Origin: Thermotogota bacterium | GTDB lineage: Bacteria; Thermotogota; Thermotogae; Petrotogales; Kosmotogaceae | DNA: 64,000 bases | Direction: 5' to 3' | Assembly (NCBI GenBank): GCA_034660555.1 | Contig: JAYEJL010000165.1 | Location: forward strand, 32,001-96,000 | Shown: in pieces, positions 50,957 through 59,905 of the stretch | Layout: each line of letters starts with the position of its first letter | Position numbering within the stretch: position 1 is the stretch's first letter | Translations under genes and position numbers: made by a program | The notes under the pieces: generated by a model | Database searches by the model: none | The model's input: the letters and a program-made list of their open reading frames with translations, nothing else | What the model was told of the DNA's origin: nothing

Positions 50957-51910
50957 ATGGGTAGAGTTACGTTAAAAGATGTTGCTGAAAAAGCTGGGAC
51001 ATCAATGATGACAGTATCAAGAGTAATAAATAGGAAACCCGGGGTTGGAAAAGAAACCCAGGAAAAAATCATAAAGATTATTGATGAACTTGGTTACAGG
51101 CCCCACGCTGATGCCCGTGCTTTACGTAGCGGAAAAACAGGTCGTATAGGTGTTGTGGTGTCCGATATAAGAAACCCTTTTTACGCTGAACTGGTAGGGG
51201 ATCTGGAGGATCTTGCTGAGGTAGAAGGTTATTCAATAATTGTAACAGATACAGGGCGTAAACTGGAACAGGAAAAAAAGGCCGTAGCTGATCTTACAGA
51301 AAGCGGTGTTGATTCAATAATAATAGCCCCTGAAGGTTACAATGTTGACCATTTGGTAGAAACAAAAAAATTTGGTACTTCGGTAGTTATTTTCGGTGTT
51401 CACTGTCAAAAACCATCATTACCCGAAGTCTGGATTGATGAGATTGAGGGCTCTAAACAGGCAGGGAGCTACTTTCGAAAAAAGAAGATTAATGATGTAG
51501 TTCTCATAATGGGTAACCCCAGAAAATTCACAACAAGAGGGCGAGTAAAAGGTTTTGAAAAAGGCTTTGGAAAATCTGTAAACAGAAAAAATATTTTTTA
51601 CCACCCTGTAGACTGGAAAACGGCTTACAACACCGTTAAAAATCTTAAAAAATTACCTGAAGCGATTTTTTGCTACAACGATCTCATGGCTATGGGTGTT
51701 ATTAAGGCACTGAATGAAAGAGGAGCTGTAATAGGTAAAGATGTACTGGTAATAGGATACGATGATGTTTTTTTCGCTGAATTAGCAGGATTAACAACGT
51801 TAAGAATCCCCAGAAAAGAAATGGTAAATAAAGCTTTCCAAATGGCACTAAATGGAGGTCAAGAAAAAGGAAGATACGTACCTGAATTTATTATGCGCAA
51901 AAGCGCTTAA
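50957..51910 (+). CDS. LacI family transcriptional regulator
   Basis: TLKDVA..AG.S..TVSRVIN, LGY.P...AR.LR, NPFY, CYND.MA.G, GYDD. Confidence 0.96.
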   Translation: MGRVTLKDVAEKAGTSMMTVSRVINRKPGVGKETQEKIIKIIDELGYRPHADARALRSGKTGRIGVVVSDIRNPFYAELVGDLEDLAEVEGYSIIVTDTGRKLEQEKKAVADLTESGVDSIIIAPEGYNVDHLVETKKFGTSVVIFGVHCQKPSLPEVWIDEIEGSKQAGSYFRKKKINDVVLIMGNPRKFTTRGRVKGFEKGFGKSVNRKNIFYHPVDWKTAYNTVKNLKKLPEAIFCYNDLMAMGVIKALNERGAVIGKDVLVIGYDDVFFAELAGLTTLRIPRKEMVNKAFQMALNGGQEKGRYVPEFIMRKSA

Positions 51911-51925
51911 CAGGAGGTGGATTTT

Positions 51926-53146
51926 GTGAAAAAGCTTTTACTGATTGTTTCATTGTTAATGTTTGCTCTGGTATCACTTGGAGCCAGTGAGTTGGTTATC
52001 AATTCCTATATGTCCGACCCGGCACCGAGGAAGGTTTTTGCTGAACTGGTTGATCAGTTCAGAGAGGAGCATCCCGAATTAGAGGTTACTGTAAATACTT
52101 TTGCTCACGAAGACTTCAAAACTTTACTCAGAACATGGTTGAATTCACCGGAGGCACCTGATGTTGCAACATGGTTCGCTGGTGAAAGAATGAGATATTT
52201 TGCAAGTAAAGGACTCCTTGAACCAATCGGCGATATCTTCGAAGGTGGATTTAGAGCATACTTTCCTGAAGCATTTAGAAGTGCTTCTGCATATGAAGAT
52301 GAAATATACTTCGTTCCTCAATCATGGTACTGGTGGGGCGTGTACTATCGTAAATCTGTTTTTGAAGAACTCAACATCCAGTCACCAATAACCTGGTCTC
52401 AATTTATTAAGGTTTGTGAAAAACTCAAAGAAAACGGATACATACCCATAACAATCGGTACAAAATATCTCTGGACAGCAGCAGGCTGGTTTGACTCTCT
52501 AAATATGAGAGTCAATGGAATCGAATATCACATGGATTTAACCAATGGTGATATTCCTTATACCGACGAAGGAATGGAAAAAGTATTTGATTACTGGAAA
52601 GAATTAATTGAAAACGACTATTTCATTGATAACCATACGTCATACACATGGCAGGATGCTGCAAATTATTTGTTTACTGGCGAAGCTGGTATGTATCTCA
52701 TGGGTCAGTTCATAAAGGATGTTGCCCCTGAGAACATAAAGGATGATCTTGACTTCTTCAGATTCCCGATAATCGATGGAGAAGTTGGGCTGTATGAAGA
52801 TACTCCGATTGATGGATTTATGATTCCAGCAAAGGCAAAAAATAAAGAAGCCGCGAAGACTTTCTTGAAGTTTATAGCTTCTAAAGAAGCCCAGCAATAT
52901 TTTGCTGAAGAACTTGGAAGATTGGCAGCTAACAAGAATGTCCCTGCACCAGATGCTCATGCTCAAAAAGGACTTGAGATGATTCTCGAATCAGATGGTG
53001 TAATGCAATTCTATGACAGAGACACAAATCCTGAAATGGCAGAAAAAGGTATGAACGGATTTGTAGAGTTTATGGTATATCCAAGAAGACTTGAAACTAT
53101 ACTTAAAAATCTTGAAATGCATCGAATGCGCATATACTCTGAATAA
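51926..53146 (+). CDS. Sugar (galactoside) ABC transporter substrate-binding protein
   Basis: Signal peptide, HEDFK, PDV..W.AG, P.TW..F...C..LK, QFYDRD; SD CAGGAGG favours GTG 51926. Confidence 0.9.
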   Translation: MKKLLLIVSLLMFALVSLGASELVINSYMSDPAPRKVFAELVDQFREEHPELEVTVNTFAHEDFKTLLRTWLNSPEAPDVATWFAGERMRYFASKGLLEPIGDIFEGGFRAYFPEAFRSASAYEDEIYFVPQSWYWWGVYYRKSVFEELNIQSPITWSQFIKVCEKLKENGYIPITIGTKYLWTAAGWFDSLNMRVNGIEYHMDLTNGDIPYTDEGMEKVFDYWKELIENDYFIDNHTSYTWQDAANYLFTGEAGMYLMGQFIKDVAPENIKDDLDFFRFPIIDGEVGLYEDTPIDGFMIPAKAKNKEAAKTFLKFIASKEAQQYFAEELGRLAANKNVPAPDAHAQKGLEMILESDGVMQFYDRDTNPEMAEKGMNGFVEFMVYPRRLETILKNLEMHRMRIYSE

Positions 53147-53159
53147 GCATTGTTTTAAT

Positions 53160-53186
53160 CAATGGGGGTTTGTAAAGCCCCCATTG
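53160..53186 (+). terminator. Intercistronic stem-loop after binding-protein gene
   Basis: CAATGGGGG-N9-CCCCCATTG. Confidence 0.7.
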
Positions 53187-53216
53187 TTTATTAGTTGAAA
53201 TGTTGGAGGAAATTTG

Positions 53217-54086
53217 ATGATAGCAAAAAAATGGGTCCCATATGCTTTTCTAGCTGTACCTTTAACGATGTACTCAATCTGGGTGCTTTATCCAATAATC
53301 AGTACTTTTGTATTGAGCTTTACCAGCTGGGATGGTGTATCACCCACTATCAAATTTATTGGATTAGAAAACTTTGTAGAATTGTTTAATGATCCGTACT
53401 TTGGTGTGTCTGTTATAAACAACATAAAGTGGTTGGTTGGATTTACAGGTGTATGTGTTCCACTAGGTTTGTTAATTGCAATGCTACTTGATCAGAAATT
53501 CAAAGGTACAAAAATATACAAGACCCTCATTTATTTACCAATGACTCTTTCTTTTGTCATTATCGGACAGATCTGGTTCTGGATCCTTGAACCAAGGCAC
53601 GGAGCAATAAATACCATTTTAAACATGCTTGGTCTTGAGTCCGTTGGTTGGTTGAGTGATCCAAATGTTGTAACATATTCTTTGATTTTGGCAGCATCGT
53701 GGCGTCAAATATCCTATGCCATGGTTATTTATCTTGCTGGTTTGAAGCAGGTTCCAAACCAACTAATTGAAGCTGCGTGGGTAGATGGAGCAAATGCATG
53801 GAAAAGGTTTATCCATATAATCATTCCAATGCTAAAACCTGCTACTGTAGTTGCAATTACAGTAAGTATAATAGACTCCCTAAGAGCATTTGATATAGTT
53901 TACGTTCTTACCAGAGGCGGTCCTTTTTATTCCTCTAGCGTAATGGCAAATTATATGTACATACAGAGCTTTCATAACTACAGAATGGGTTATGGATCTG
54001 CAATTGCAGTAATACAGTTCCTTATCACACTTGGTTTTATTCTGTTCTACATGAGGTATGTGCTTAAATCGGAGGAAGAACGATGA
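53217..54086 (+). CDS. Sugar ABC transporter permease (MalF-type)
   Basis: SFT.WDG, F.GL.NF, EAAWVDGA, SLRAFD.V..LT.GGP. Confidence 0.93.
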   Translation: MIAKKWVPYAFLAVPLTMYSIWVLYPIISTFVLSFTSWDGVSPTIKFIGLENFVELFNDPYFGVSVINNIKWLVGFTGVCVPLGLLIAMLLDQKFKGTKIYKTLIYLPMTLSFVIIGQIWFWILEPRHGAINTILNMLGLESVGWLSDPNVVTYSLILAASWRQISYAMVIYLAGLKQVPNQLIEAAWVDGANAWKRFIHIIIPMLKPATVVAITVSIIDSLRAFDIVYVLTRGGPFYSSSVMANYMYIQSFHNYRMGYGSAIAVIQFLITLGFILFYMRYVLKSEEER

Positions 54087-54904
54087 AAAAACTGCTTATT
54101 TTCTATATTCTGGGCACACTGATCGTGTTGCTGTGGGTTTCACCTTTTATGATATCCTTTTTCACCTCAGTAAAAACAATGGATGAACTCATGGTAGAAC
54201 ATCAATGGTGGTTACCACCGGATATATGGCACTTCGAGAATTATGTCACAGCTTGGACCGATGCAAACATGGGAAGGTACTTTTTGAATACCTTTATAAT
54301 AACAATACCTTCAGTATTGGGTACCCTTTTTCTATCAAGTCTCGGTGCCTATGCTCTTGCCTGGTACAAATTCAAACTATCAAGAATATTGCTGATGGTA
54401 TTTGTTGGAGGGATGCTGATACCATTTCAGATGCTCCTTATACCTGTTTACAGGTTATCACTAAGTATGAACATATACGATTCTTACCAGGGCGTAATAT
54501 TGTTCCATATCGCTTTCCAGCTGGGTTTTTGCACATTCTTTTTAAGGAACTTTATGAAAACAATACCTTCAAGCATTTTTGATGCAGCCATGATTGATGG
54601 AGCATCACATTTTCTAATATATAGAAAACTGGTTTTGCCACTTGTAACACCTGCAATGGCTGCTCTTGGCATACTTGAGTTCACGTGGATCTGGAATGAT
54701 TATTTATGGTCGCTGGTACTCATACAGAGTGATAAATACAAACCTGTTACTCTGGGACTGGTAAATTTACAGGGTCAATGGGTTACAAGCTGGAATGTAA
54801 TGGCTGCTGGTGCAATAATTGCAGCTGTAGTACCTCTGATTGTATTTTTAATGTTCCAGAGATACTTCATAGAAGGCCTTACAGTCGGGAGTGTTAAAGG
54901 GTGA
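54083..54904 (+). CDS. Sugar ABC transporter permease (MalG-type)
   Basis: ENY..AW, IPFQ, DAA.IDGA, WNDYLW, FQRYFI.GL..G.VKG. Confidence 0.93.
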   Translation: MKKLLIFYILGTLIVLLWVSPFMISFFTSVKTMDELMVEHQWWLPPDIWHFENYVTAWTDANMGRYFLNTFIITIPSVLGTLFLSSLGAYALAWYKFKLSRILLMVFVGGMLIPFQMLLIPVYRLSLSMNIYDSYQGVILFHIAFQLGFCTFFLRNFMKTIPSSIFDAAMIDGASHFLIYRKLVLPLVTPAMAALGILEFTWIWNDYLWSLVLIQSDKYKPVTLGLVNLQGQWVTSWNVMAAGAIIAAVVPLIVFLMFQRYFIEGLTVGSVKG

Positions 54905-56775
54905 AGACCAAACTTTACGGTGTTTGTTATTATCCCGAACACTGGGAAAAGGACAGATTGTCAGAAGATATTCGAATTATGAAAAACATAGGAATAAATG
55001 TTGCCAGAATAGGAGAGTTTGCCTGGTCAATAGTTGAAAAAGAACCAGGAACATATGATTTTTCATTATTTGATCGAGTTATCACCGGGCTACGTAAGAA
55101 CGACATATTAGTTATCATTGGCACTCCAACTGCGACTCCCCCTGTTTGGCTCGTAAAAAGGCATCCCGATCTACTTCAAAAAGACGAAATGGGAAATACA
55201 CGGCACATTGGAAGTAGAAGACATTATTGCTTTAACTCCGATAGATATTTAGAATACGCAGAAAAAATAACAGAAGCTTATGCTAAACATTTCTCACAAT
55301 TTGAGAATGTGATTGGCTGGCAGATAGACAATGAATATGGCTGCCATGAAACAACTGTTTGCTACTGTGAAAATTGTGAAAGGGCATTTAGAAAATGGCT
55401 TAAGAAGAAATATGCTAATATTACTGAATTAAACAGGTCATGGGGAACGGTATTTTGGAGTCATTCATATAGTAATTGGGAGGAGATTGATCCACCATTG
55501 AAGACGGTATCAGATGTGAATCCTGCTTTGTGGCTTGATTATCAACGTTTCTCATCTGATTCAGCCATAAATTTCCACAAAAAAATGTCCAAAATAGTTA
55601 AGGATTATTCAGATCTACCTATCACACACAATCTGATGGTCAATTTCACTGAGATAGATTACAAAAAACTTTCCAGTGAAATAGATTTTGTGAGCTGGGA
55701 TAACTACATACCCGGAGAATATGATCATGATTTACAGGCTATGAATCATGATTTGATGCGTTCATTAAAGGATCGTAAATTCGTTGTTATGGAACAACAA
55801 CCAGGCAGGGTTAATTGGAGAAAAATTAACGAATTTCACAAACCAGAACAGCTGGAGTTCTGGATAAATCAGTCATTTGCACATGGAGCAAATGGTACGA
55901 TAATTTTTAGATATCGACAGCTTCCTTATGGATCAGAGCAGTTTCACTCGGGACTTGTCGATTATTCAGGTGAAGTGACTTCAAGAGGTGAGTCATTTAA
56001 AGAAATAATCGAAAGAAACAATAAAATTGAATTTAACTATCCTGAAAAGGAAATCGCCATTTATATAGATTATGAAAATTTTTGGATAGATAGAACACAG
56101 GGAATAAATAACTATTTCGATTTATTGAACAATGGCATATTTCCTATATACAAAGCTATAAGAAGCTTCGGTTACAATGTGGATTTTGTGTTTACCAATA
56201 CAGATCTATCACCTTACAAATTAGTAGTAGTACCATCAGCTTATTATTTGAACGATTCATTTTTAGAAAAACTATTAACTTTCAAGGGAAAAATTTTGAT
56301 TACCGCAATGACCTCTTTAAAGGATGAAAACAACAATATAAAAACCGAAAAATCAAAACTTTTTTACGAATTAACCGGAGTAAAAATCAAAGATTTTGGT
56401 GGAATCAATACAGTCGAAAAGCTTGTTTACAATAATCAAAGCTTTGAAGCTTCATATGTTTGTGAACTGGTCAATGCAACAGATGCTGAAATAACTGGAA
56501 GTTTCTCATCTGGCGTTTTTGAGTCAAGTCCAGCAGTTACTAAAAAAAATAATACAATGTACGTTGCTACTGTACCTAACCTAAAGTTTTCACAAACCCT
56601 TCTAAAAATGTTAGGTTTCAGATCAAGAAAGTCTTCTGGTGTGGAAATAGTTATACAAAAGGATGGTTCATTTCTCATATTAAATCCATCGAAGAAAAAA
56701 ATTAGCACAAAAGTTTTTCAAAATGAGCTGGAAATTGAACCATATCAATGTAAACAAAAAATCTCAACGGATTAA
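54901..56775 (+). CDS. Beta-galactosidase, glycoside hydrolase family 42
   Basis: YYPEHW, GEFAWS..E, GTPTATPP.W, W.IDNE, SWDNY, MEQQPG, EQFHSG. Confidence 0.94.
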   Translation: MKTKLYGVCYYPEHWEKDRLSEDIRIMKNIGINVARIGEFAWSIVEKEPGTYDFSLFDRVITGLRKNDILVIIGTPTATPPVWLVKRHPDLLQKDEMGNTRHIGSRRHYCFNSDRYLEYAEKITEAYAKHFSQFENVIGWQIDNEYGCHETTVCYCENCERAFRKWLKKKYANITELNRSWGTVFWSHSYSNWEEIDPPLKTVSDVNPALWLDYQRFSSDSAINFHKKMSKIVKDYSDLPITHNLMVNFTEIDYKKLSSEIDFVSWDNYIPGEYDHDLQAMNHDLMRSLKDRKFVVMEQQPGRVNWRKINEFHKPEQLEFWINQSFAHGANGTIIFRYRQLPYGSEQFHSGLVDYSGEVTSRGESFKEIIERNNKIEFNYPEKEIAIYIDYENFWIDRTQGINNYFDLLNNGIFPIYKAIRSFGYNVDFVFTNTDLSPYKLVVVPSAYYLNDSFLEKLLTFKGKILITAMTSLKDENNNIKTEKSKLFYELTGVKIKDFGGINTVEKLVYNNQSFEASYVCELVNATDAEITGSFSSGVFESSPAVTKKNNTMYVATVPNLKFSQTLLKMLGFRSRKSSGVEIVIQKDGSFLILNPSKKKISTKVFQNELEIEPYQCKQKISTD

Positions 56776-56863
56776 CTGCCATAACAAAATATATCACGTA
56801 ATCCCCTAACTAAAACACTTATATAGGATATAATCGAATGACCAAATATTTAACAATATTTTC

Positions 56864-56892
56864 TTGCCATATACAATTTGATATGATATAAT
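56864..56892 (+). promoter_or_regulatory. Sigma70 promoter ~200 nt upstream of GNAT gene
   Basis: TTGCCA-N17-TATAAT with TG extension. Confidence 0.75.
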
Positions 56893-57098
56893 TGTTTTTG
56901 TCAATGGAAGGAATCTCAGTTATTACAGAGAATGATACTGATTTGAACTATCAAAATAAGTGATTGATTATGCTTTCCAAATTACGACTGAATTCCTATT
57001 AATACATTTAACAACATTCAGACAAATGCTAGATTACTGAGTTTTTCAACCCAGAACGTTTTTATGTACCACGTTTTTGATTATAGGAGGTGTTTCAT

Positions 57099-57566
57099 AT
57101 GTTAACAGTAGCAACAAAAACCGCAGTTGATATGTTTCTAGTAGAAGACAGCGATGATTTTGATGATGCAATAAATAAAAACACTCTTGTAGAGTTTTTT
57201 TACGAACATCTTGGTAAATTTGGGGATCCTAAGAAAGACATTGAGAAATCAATAGATTACGCCCTTTCTGAAGAAGAAGGAAAAGGTGGGTTCATATTAG
57301 TTGCATGTGAAGAAGATGAAATTGTAGGAGGAGTTATAATAAATGATACAGGTATGGGAGGCTACATACCCGAACATATACTTGTGTACGTAGCTGTAGA
57401 TAAGAAAATGCGCGGCAAAGGAATCGGCGGAGAACTTATTTCGAACGCTATTGAAAATTGCTATGGTGATGTGTCACTTCATGTAGAATATGATAACCCA
57501 GCAAAGAGACTTTATGAAAGAATCGGTTTTGAATCAAAATACGCTGAGATGAGATTTTCTAACTAA
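57099..57566 (+). CDS. GNAT family N-acetyltransferase
   Basis: VAV....RGKGIG..L, LHVE.DNPA.RLYER.GF; SD AGGAGG favours ATG 57099. Confidence 0.92.
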   Translation: MLTVATKTAVDMFLVEDSDDFDDAINKNTLVEFFYEHLGKFGDPKKDIEKSIDYALSEEEGKGGFILVACEEDEIVGGVIINDTGMGGYIPEHILVYVAVDKKMRGKGIGGELISNAIENCYGDVSLHVEYDNPAKRLYERIGFESKYAEMRFSN

Positions 57567-57580
57567 CTTTTAACTGATAT

Positions 57581-57608
57581 AAAAAACGCCCTGGAAGGGG
57601 CGTTTTTT
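57581..57608. terminator. Bidirectional terminator
   Basis: AAAAAACGCCC-N6-GGGCGTTTTTT between convergent genes. Confidence 0.88.
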
Positions 57609-57615
57609 AGTTTTT

Positions 57616-58455
57616 TTATTCTTTTATCCCTGAACGCACAAGACTTTTAACAAATAAGTCTTGAAGCGTGAAAAATACAATTAATGTTGGAATTACAGCT
57701 ATCATAGTCCCTGCCATAATAATTCCCCAGTTATTTGCTGATTCTGCATCTATCATCATCTTTACTCCAACCTGTACTGTTTTCATTTTATCTTCCATAG
57801 TTATTATAAGAGGCCATAGATACATATTCCATGCATACACAAAATTTATTATCGTGGCTCCTCCAATAACTGCCTTTGAGAGTGGCAAAAGAATCTTTAT
57901 GAAATATCTAACAGGACCTGCACCATCAATAAGAGCAGAATCTTCCAGAGATTTTGGTATAGTCAAAAAATGCTGTCTAAGCAAGAAAGTGTTTGTTGCA
58001 CTTGCCATAAATGGTATGGTAAGTGCCCAATATGTATTAACCCAACCAAATTTGCTCATTAAACTGTATAAAGGAACAATCATAACTGTTTCAGCAGGCA
58101 AAAACAATGTAGCGAAAAGAAAACCAAAAGCAAGTCTGTTACCTACAAATTTGAAGTTCGCAAAGGCATATCCTGCTAACGTGCCTGTAAATATCTTTCC
58201 AGCTGTTATTAGTATTGCCACAATAGCACTATTTAATAAAAGTCTTCCAAAGGGTACTGTATGAAACGCTTGAACATAATTTTGCCATCTAAAAGCAGTG
58301 GGGAAAAACTTTGGTGGAAAAGAAAAAACAGCTGAAGGAGGCTGAAGACTTATAGTTATAGCCAGTATTATTGGCATAATGAATATAAAAGATATTATCG
58401 CAAGAACTGTCATTATTATAATTGTATTCATTCTTTTACGAGTAGAAATTGTCAT
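57616..58455 (-). CDS. Carbohydrate/glycerol-3-phosphate ABC permease (UgpE-like)
   Basis: W.NY..AF, LAGYAFA, ASAT.TFL.RQ.F.TIP..L.D.A.IDGA, WN.YLWPL. Confidence 0.85.
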   Translation of the reverse strand: MTISTRKRMNTIIIMTVLAIISFIFIMPIILAITISLQPPSAVFSFPPKFFPTAFRWQNYVQAFHTVPFGRLLLNSAIVAILITAGKIFTGTLAGYAFANFKFVGNRLAFGFLFATLFLPAETVMIVPLYSLMSKFGWVNTYWALTIPFMASATNTFLLRQHFLTIPKSLEDSALIDGAGPVRYFIKILLPLSKAVIGGATIINFVYAWNMYLWPLIITMEDKMKTVQVGVKMMIDAESANNWGIIMAGTMIAVIPTLIVFFTLQDLFVKSLVRSGIKE

Positions 58456-58465
58456 TCAAACCACC

Positions 58466-58834
58466 TCATTGATAATGAACTCTGCGTTCGCCAAATCTAA
58501 AATAAATTATAGTAACAATAAACATAACAACAAACATAATTACGCTTTGTGCTGAAGCCAGGCCCTTTTTGTGAAATGCAAAAGCATCAAGATATAATCT
58601 GTAGATCATGTTGGTTGTATAGCCTCCAGGCCCTCCACTAGTCATAACATCAACGATAGCAAAGGAACGGAACATTGTCGTAACGATATTCATGATCACC
58701 AAATAAAATGTTATAGGCGAAACGAGTGGAAAAACAATTTTCCATACCTTTGTCATCATACCTGCTCCATCTATTGTGGCCGCTTCGAGCAGATTTTTAG
58801 ATACATCCTGTATACTTGCTACATAAAAAATCAT
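58466..58834 (-). pseudogene. 5'-truncated ABC permease (UgpA-like), C-terminal ~120 aa only
   Basis: Begins at the helix before the EAA loop (MIFY.A..Q.V...L.EAA.IDGA), has T.GGP and ends RVHYQ; upstream sequence is AT-rich non-coding with no SD. Confidence 0.8.
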
Positions 58835-58881
58835 AGAATTAATATTTTAAATTATAATAGCTTATAAAAGTAACACACTAC

Positions 58882-59782
58882 TTAATTATCATCTTTCTCC
58901 AATCTTCTATAATTTTTCAATATTGATAAAGCCTTTAGAGTTAGTATTCCCTGCCACTCTTTATATGCAGGTTCCATTTCTTTTGTATAGTAACTCCTTC
59001 CCCAGGGCGGCTCTATTCTTCCCCTTTTCTCAAGCATCTCTATGATAAAATCCGGATTTTCATTTATTTTTTTGTCTGAAATTGAGAATCGTTGCTTTTC
59101 TGGTGATTCTACAAAATAAATAGGTTGTGGTACGTATTCGTGCCATCTTGATGAATCATATACTATAACCTGCACAATCGCGTCAGTTATTTTCTATTTT
59201 AGCTGCTCATTCTTATCATTAAGAACTTCAAACAGTTTTAAATAACAGAAAATTTCATTCTAAGAATTAAACTCTTCTTTGTTCACTATATTATTTATCG
59301 CGATATCAACAAGTTTTTCCACATCAAGTTTGTCTACATACTGAATGCACTTAAACAAATAAGCAATAATTTCTGCAGATGGGTTTCCCCAGTTTTTATC
59401 AATGACTGTTATTCCTGTTTTTTCATCAAAATGCCACCAAGGAGCATGTGGGTAATCGTTAACTTTTCTATTTAGTGAATACCAACCATTTCTTCTTTCA
59501 TTAAAAGGGCCTTCAAAATATCTGATCGCAGAATTAATCATTTTTTAAGCTCTGGCAGTTTTATCAAATTCCTTTAAATGTCTAACTCCAAATCCTTAAA
59601 TCCGGTTCAATTGCGTTCCCAAATCCTCCATCATCAATTTGAAATTTTTCGAGTACATCCAGTACGTTTTTCTCATCTTCGTTAAAAAAGCGATATTCTA
59701 AATAATTCTTTTCCAGTGGTCTTGCATTTCCTCTGATAAAGCTAACCGCTCTGTCAAAAGCATTCCTGTTTAAATATCTCAT
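58882..59782 (-). pseudogene. Fragmented conserved hypothetical gene (Q..DGGFG.A.EPD.R, prenyltransferase/cyclase-repeat-like)
   Basis: ATG 59782 with SD AGGAGG; three collinear fragments joined by a frameshift near 59590 and in-frame TAA (~59545) and TAG (~59260, ~59194). Confidence 0.75.
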
Positions 59783-59905
59783 ATTGCCCCTCCTGAAATA
59801 TTTTCTACTATAATAATATACCTCAAACAATGAACTCATTACATTTAAGTAATGTCAAAATTTCGCAACAAGAATCATCAACTTAATGTTGAGAGGAGAA
59901 TGAGT

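Noticed and set aside
57060..57075. T-box-like TGTACCACG in the GNAT leader
   Set aside because: Lacks the GGTGG core, antiterminator and terminator; partial match expected by chance
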